Assembly: GCA_036276695.1 (NCBI GenBank)
Contig: DASUOI010000035.1
Coordinates: 1 to 24,000, forward strand
DNA: 24,000 nt
DNA from: Candidatus Saccharimonadales bacterium
Lineage (GTDB): Bacteria; Patescibacteriota; Saccharimonadia; Saccharimonadales; 2-12-FULL-41-12
Direction of reading: 5' to 3'
The notes beneath the pieces were generated by a model, which ran no database searches, was not told where the DNA came from, and saw only the letters and a list, made by a program, of their open reading frames with translations. The position numbers and the translations under genes were made by a program. Shown here one piece after another: positions 20,639-24,000 of this stretch (its first letter is position 1; the number at the start of each line of letters is the position of its first letter).

Positions 20639-22147
20639 TTATATAACCCACTTTTGTTTCGTCCCCGGCTTAAAGTAGTCAGGGTCTCCATTATCAAGTA
20701 AATATATGTGCGGTTGGAACTTTTCACCAATAATTTCTGCAGTTACTCTGTACTCTGAATTTTCTTCGCAAAGCTGTGTGTGAATATGCTTCTTTAGCTT
20801 GTCTTTTAGCGTTTTTTCCTCTTGGGTAGGCTTTTTTTCTATATAGATTTTAAATCTCTGGTTGCCGTTTTTATCATAGTCTACTTCCATGGTAAATTTA
20901 CCTGTTATATGTTTTTCAAATTCAACAGCCTGCAGTGCGCGGCGTACAGTATCCGGATAAATTAAAAATGCATAGTAGCTAACACTGAAGTCATCACGCT
21001 CATACACATAAACAAATGGTAAATTCCAAACAGTACTTTCTATTCCCTTTTCTTTTATAATCGCATCTATGTCATAGCCGCTTGCTCTGAGGCGCTTGTA
21101 CACCTCCTTTTTAGTAAGAACTCCTCCGTAATCTTTTAGGTCATAGCGGAACAGAGGAATCCCGCTATATGAGCTGCACAGAAGGTTCTTACCCTCTTGC
21201 TCAAAATAGAATAAACTTGGATCATATTGCGCTAAAGTCGGCTGACGTTTATCTTCCGGGAATAGAATACTCAATTTATCATCTTTTACTAATAATCTGC
21301 GGACTAAGATTGACAGAGGGGTCTCATGAGCCATGGTACCTAAATCAACTGTTCCGTAATGATTTAACGTAGAGCGCAAAGTGTTTTTGGCTCCTACTGT
21401 TTTTAGAATGTAATCCCTAAAAGTTTCACTGAAAGCCTCGGCAGAGAATATAAGACCGATATTATAATTTTTCCAATTCACTCCTTGTTCGCTACCTTGG
21501 TCTAGTATGTCTTTGAGATGAGGAGCATAGGCGGCGATGATTACTTGATCAAACTCATGACCAAGCTGCTTAACAGCATTTATTACTTCTTGCCTGTGTA
21601 TGCCCGGCGTAATTATGCTCAAAGGATATCCTTTTTCTGCGACCTGTCTGATAGATTCATAGGTGAAGACACCGCCAATCCACGCCCCCATTGGAAAAGC
21701 ATCTATATATAAAGTGGATTTATTTTGGATATTAAAATTTGCCCTAAGATAGAGTTCTGTTGTTATAGCAAGAAATTTATCCTGCGTATCCGTCCTTGGA
21801 AAATAATACGGCTCCCCTGTCGAGCCCGATGTGGTACTGACAACCCAGCTTTGTTCGGCAAACTTACCTTCCCAGCATAAATCAGGACGGGAATAAGCTC
21901 TTAAATAATTATTCTTGTCTAATGCCGGGACGGAAGAGAAGTCTTTAAAGCCCTTTATGTCAGCAGTGTTAATTCCTTGTTTTTTTAAGAATTTTTTATA
22001 GGCCGGAACATCGCGCGCCATAGAGTGAAACAGGCGAAGAGCCCTCTTTTGACCGCTCTTGATCCAGTGTTCTTCTTTTTTTGATTGCAGGTTATTGTGT
22101 AAAACTTCTGCATTCTTGTAGCCGCGCGGCAGTGATAATTGAGTCAT
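20639..22147 (-). CDS. PaaK / coenzyme-F390-synthetase-like adenylate-forming ligase (ANL superfamily)
   Basis: 'STTSGSTGEPYYF' is a P-loop-like AMP-binding motif. 'PLFRYDLKDYG' corresponds to the PaaK 'RYRTxD' hinge. 502 aa. Confidence 0.75.
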   Translation of the reverse strand: MTQLSLPRGYKNAEVLHNNLQSKKEEHWIKSGQKRALRLFHSMARDVPAYKKFLKKQGINTADIKGFKDFSSVPALDKNNYLRAYSRPDLCWEGKFAEQSWVVSTTSGSTGEPYYFPRTDTQDKFLAITTELYLRANFNIQNKSTLYIDAFPMGAWIGGVFTYESIRQVAEKGYPLSIITPGIHRQEVINAVKQLGHEFDQVIIAAYAPHLKDILDQGSEQGVNWKNYNIGLIFSAEAFSETFRDYILKTVGAKNTLRSTLNHYGTVDLGTMAHETPLSILVRRLLVKDDKLSILFPEDKRQPTLAQYDPSLFYFEQEGKNLLCSSYSGIPLFRYDLKDYGGVLTKKEVYKRLRASGYDIDAIIKEKGIESTVWNLPFVYVYERDDFSVSYYAFLIYPDTVRRALQAVEFEKHITGKFTMEVDYDKNGNQRFKIYIEKKPTQEEKTLKDKLKKHIHTQLCEENSEYRVTAEIIGEKFQPHIYLLDNGDPDYFKPGTKQKWVI

Positions 22148-22208
22148 GTTTTACCTTTTCTTATCAGTAATTTTATCATCTCGGCACATTGGACCTAATT
22201 AATGTTTA

Positions 22209-23438
22209 TTAAAACGACAATAGCTCTACTCCATCTGGTATGTCTGATTTCTCCATGGCCTTGTTAATGATTTGTCCCAGTACTGGTCCAATAGGACGCT
22301 TTTCAGGCCGCTCCGCCACTTCTTTATTTAGAAATTCACCGTGCTCATTAGCATAATCAAGCACAAGTTCAGCCAATGCGATTTTATACTTTTCATATCC
22401 TAAAAAGGCTTCTTGGATGTCTCCGTTACATCCGATTAGGAATCTTGCTAAGACATCTGCGCTATATATGGCAGTATTGGCTCCAAACCCAGCCCAAGGA
22501 GGCGATGCGCTGCCAGCATCCCCAACTACAATGCATTTATCGCCTAAAATATAATTGGTTATAGATTTATAGTGAAAATGCCCCAATTTTCTACCTACTA
22601 CCTGATTGGCAAGGTCTGGTTCAAGCGACAAAACTTCCGGGAAATCCTGTTTAAGCCGCTCAATTGCCTGATCGGGCATTGAAAATGGACTCTCGTCTAT
22701 TACGTCTTTGTACGGGGAAATCAGCAAAGTAGCTATGGTGCCGTCTTTATTAGGCATGCCTATGGCCACTGATTCACTTCCCGCTTTATGCCAAAAATGC
22801 ATATGGTGAGACGACAAACCCTTTGCGGCTTTTTGTCCCAGCATAACAGATATGTAGCTTAAAGGATCTTGCTTTTTACCCAGCGAGCCACCGGGCAGTG
22901 CAGTAATAAATACGTCCGATAAACTATGTATACCGTCAGCTAGTACGATAACGTCTGCCTTGAGCTCCTTTTTTATAGCATCTTTGTTTTCGCATACGAC
23001 TTTACCTAAATTCGGTTCAACTTCTACTACTTTAGTATGGAAATGAATTTTCACACCTTGGTCTTCAACTATATTGACCAAGTTCTGGCGAAGAACAGGT
23101 CGGGGGACACTAGTTAGTATTGATTTGTCTCCTTCTCCGTATTCAGTGTATTTTATAGCACCGGTGTTTTGAAAATTATGAATCGCACGACCAATTACAT
23201 CTGTACCGCCTTGCCAAGCACGCTCCTCCCCTAAGATTTTTCTGCCGACTTCATTTAAGGTTAAATTAAAAGATCTATCAGTATATCCGGGGTTTAGGCC
23301 ATGCGGACTACCAGCCCTCTCTATTACCATGACATCTGCTCCGTTTAGGCTGGCAGCTTTTGCGAAAGTTAGCCCTCCCGGCCCAGCCCCAACGACAATT
23401 ATCTTCAGGTCCTTAAGTAAATTACCCGAGCTATACAT
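22209..23438 (-). CDS. FAD-dependent aromatic-ring monooxygenase (UbiH / kynurenine-3-monooxygenase-like, group A flavoprotein)
   Basis: GxGxxG 'IIVVGAGPGGLTFA...VMVIER', the 'VLADGIHS' DG motif, and the 'VVGDAGSASPPWAGFGANTAIYSA' GD motif. Confidence 0.85.
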   Translation of the reverse strand: MYSSGNLLKDLKIIVVGAGPGGLTFAKAASLNGADVMVIERAGSPHGLNPGYTDRSFNLTLNEVGRKILGEERAWQGGTDVIGRAIHNFQNTGAIKYTEYGEGDKSILTSVPRPVLRQNLVNIVEDQGVKIHFHTKVVEVEPNLGKVVCENKDAIKKELKADVIVLADGIHSLSDVFITALPGGSLGKKQDPLSYISVMLGQKAAKGLSSHHMHFWHKAGSESVAIGMPNKDGTIATLLISPYKDVIDESPFSMPDQAIERLKQDFPEVLSLEPDLANQVVGRKLGHFHYKSITNYILGDKCIVVGDAGSASPPWAGFGANTAIYSADVLARFLIGCNGDIQEAFLGYEKYKIALAELVLDYANEHGEFLNKEVAERPEKRPIGPVLGQIINKAMEKSDIPDGVELLSF

Positions 23439-23483
23439 ATAAATTTTTGTTTTCTAGCATTCAGCTGTGTTAGTAATGCAATT

Positions 23484-23492
23484 ATTATATCA
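23484..23492 (-). promoter_or_regulatory. Possible extended -10 (TGaTATAAT) for the monooxygenase operon
   Basis: The minus strand reads tgatataat, about 45 nt upstream of ATG 23438. No convincing -35 or SD was seen. Confidence 0.3.
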
Positions 23493-23554
23493 AATGTGCA
23501 AAAAACCCAGTTATGCTTTACAATAACCTTTGTACATCCCGAAATAAAACAAAA

Positions 23555-24000
23555 ATGTCATTTATAGCGCAAAGATTAGATTATTTTGATAGTAGTGATT
23601 TCCGAAAGGCTGTTGAAAAACAGTCTCTTCTTGCTCATCCAATTGATTTAAGCATCGGCATACCTGAGGAGCTGACTGCCGAGCACGTAAAGGCTGCTGC
23701 TATACAGGCAATCAATGAAGATAAAACTATCTACACGCCATCAAACGGCATTCCAGAGCTTCGAAAAATCTTAGCTAAAAAGCTAAGGGAAGAAAACTAC
23801 ATCCCCTGCGATGAAAATACCGTAACCATAGTACCGGGCCTTACTACAGGACAATTGCTTGTTTATTTGGCCATTATAGACCCCGGGGACGAAGTTGTTG
23901 TATTTGACCCTTATTACCCACCTTACCCTCACCTGGCAACTACAGCGGGCGCTAGGGTCGTGTACGCATCCACTCTGCCAACATTCCAGCCGGATCTTGA
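23555..24000 (+). CDS. Class I/II PLP-dependent aminotransferase (AspC-like), 5' part (runs off the window end)
   Basis: ATG 23555 opens a frame to the window end. It reads 'MSFIAQRLDYFDSSDFRKAVEK...IDLSIGIPE...YTPSNGIPELRKILAKKL...TIVPGLTTGQLLVYLAIIDPGDEVVVFDPYYPPY', typical of the N-terminal third of fold-type I aminotransferases. It is absent from the ORF track because it is unterminated. Confidence 0.8.
   Translation, partial: MSFIAQRLDYFDSSDFRKAVEKQSLLAHPIDLSIGIPEELTAEHVKAAAIQAINEDKTIYTPSNGIPELRKILAKKLREENYIPCDENTVTIVPGLTTGQLLVYLAIIDPGDEVVVFDPYYPPYPHLATTAGARVVYASTLPTFQPDL

Noticed and set aside
20638-20730. Longer N-terminus (track start at 20730) for the ThiF-like gene, overlapping the ligase gene by 92 nt
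   Set aside because: The extension ('MVKSSNRTYIYLIMETLTTLSRGRNKSGLYK') has no homology features. ATG 20637 lies 1 nt after the upstream stop codon, which is a classical coupling arrangement.
1-24000. CRISPR arrays, IS elements, integrase or recombinase genes, prophage genes, rRNA
   Set aside because: No regularly spaced direct repeats were seen, and no ORF has transposase or integrase motifs (DDE, tyrosine or serine recombinase). Nothing resembles rRNA. The only mobility hint is the tRNA 3'-end duplication, reported separately.

Overview
The window is compact and gene-dense, and almost every gene is on the minus strand. The left half (1-11.5 kb) holds housekeeping genes. These are rsmA/ksgA, an RpfB-type peptidoglycan transglycosylase, pcrA, tpiA, pgk, an AAG/MPG-type 3-methyladenine glycosylase, tRNA-Glu(UUC), and several small membrane proteins.

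The right half is accessory-looking and has two parts:
- **Envelope cassette (11.7-16.1 kb).** It has four signal- or anchor-bearing proteins. Two are LPNTG sortase substrates with near-identical sorting signals. One carries a C-terminal LAS/M15-type zinc peptidase motif. One is a 513-aa protein sharing a Cys-framed 'CPDGS' module with one of the LPNTG proteins. Three sigma70-like promoters drive the cassette, and two of them are clearly duplicated copies.
- **Enzyme operon (18.5-23.4 kb).** After an orphan multi-TM histidine kinase comes a tightly coupled four-gene operon. It encodes a flavin monooxygenase, a PaaK/F390-synthetase-like adenylating ligase, a ThiF/E1-like adenylyltransferase and a tandem-nitroreductase-fold protein. 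The last two look like a split Rv1355c-type fusion. A PLP aminotransferase is divergently transcribed from the operon.

Non-coding oddities:
- A 21-nt tRNA-Glu 3' fragment is duplicated together with its terminator.
- Three long imperfect palindromes (150-185 nt) sit in unusually long spacers, one after the rpf-like gene and two between tpiA and pgk.
- A -10 box recurs 6-7 nt upstream of the start codon of several core genes, suggesting leaderless mRNAs.

No transposase, integrase, CRISPR array or rRNA was seen. Gene content suggests a small-genome, Gram-positive-type bacterium, possibly Patescibacteria/Saccharibacteria-like. That lineage guess is inference only. All homology calls come from motif recognition by eye, not from database searches.
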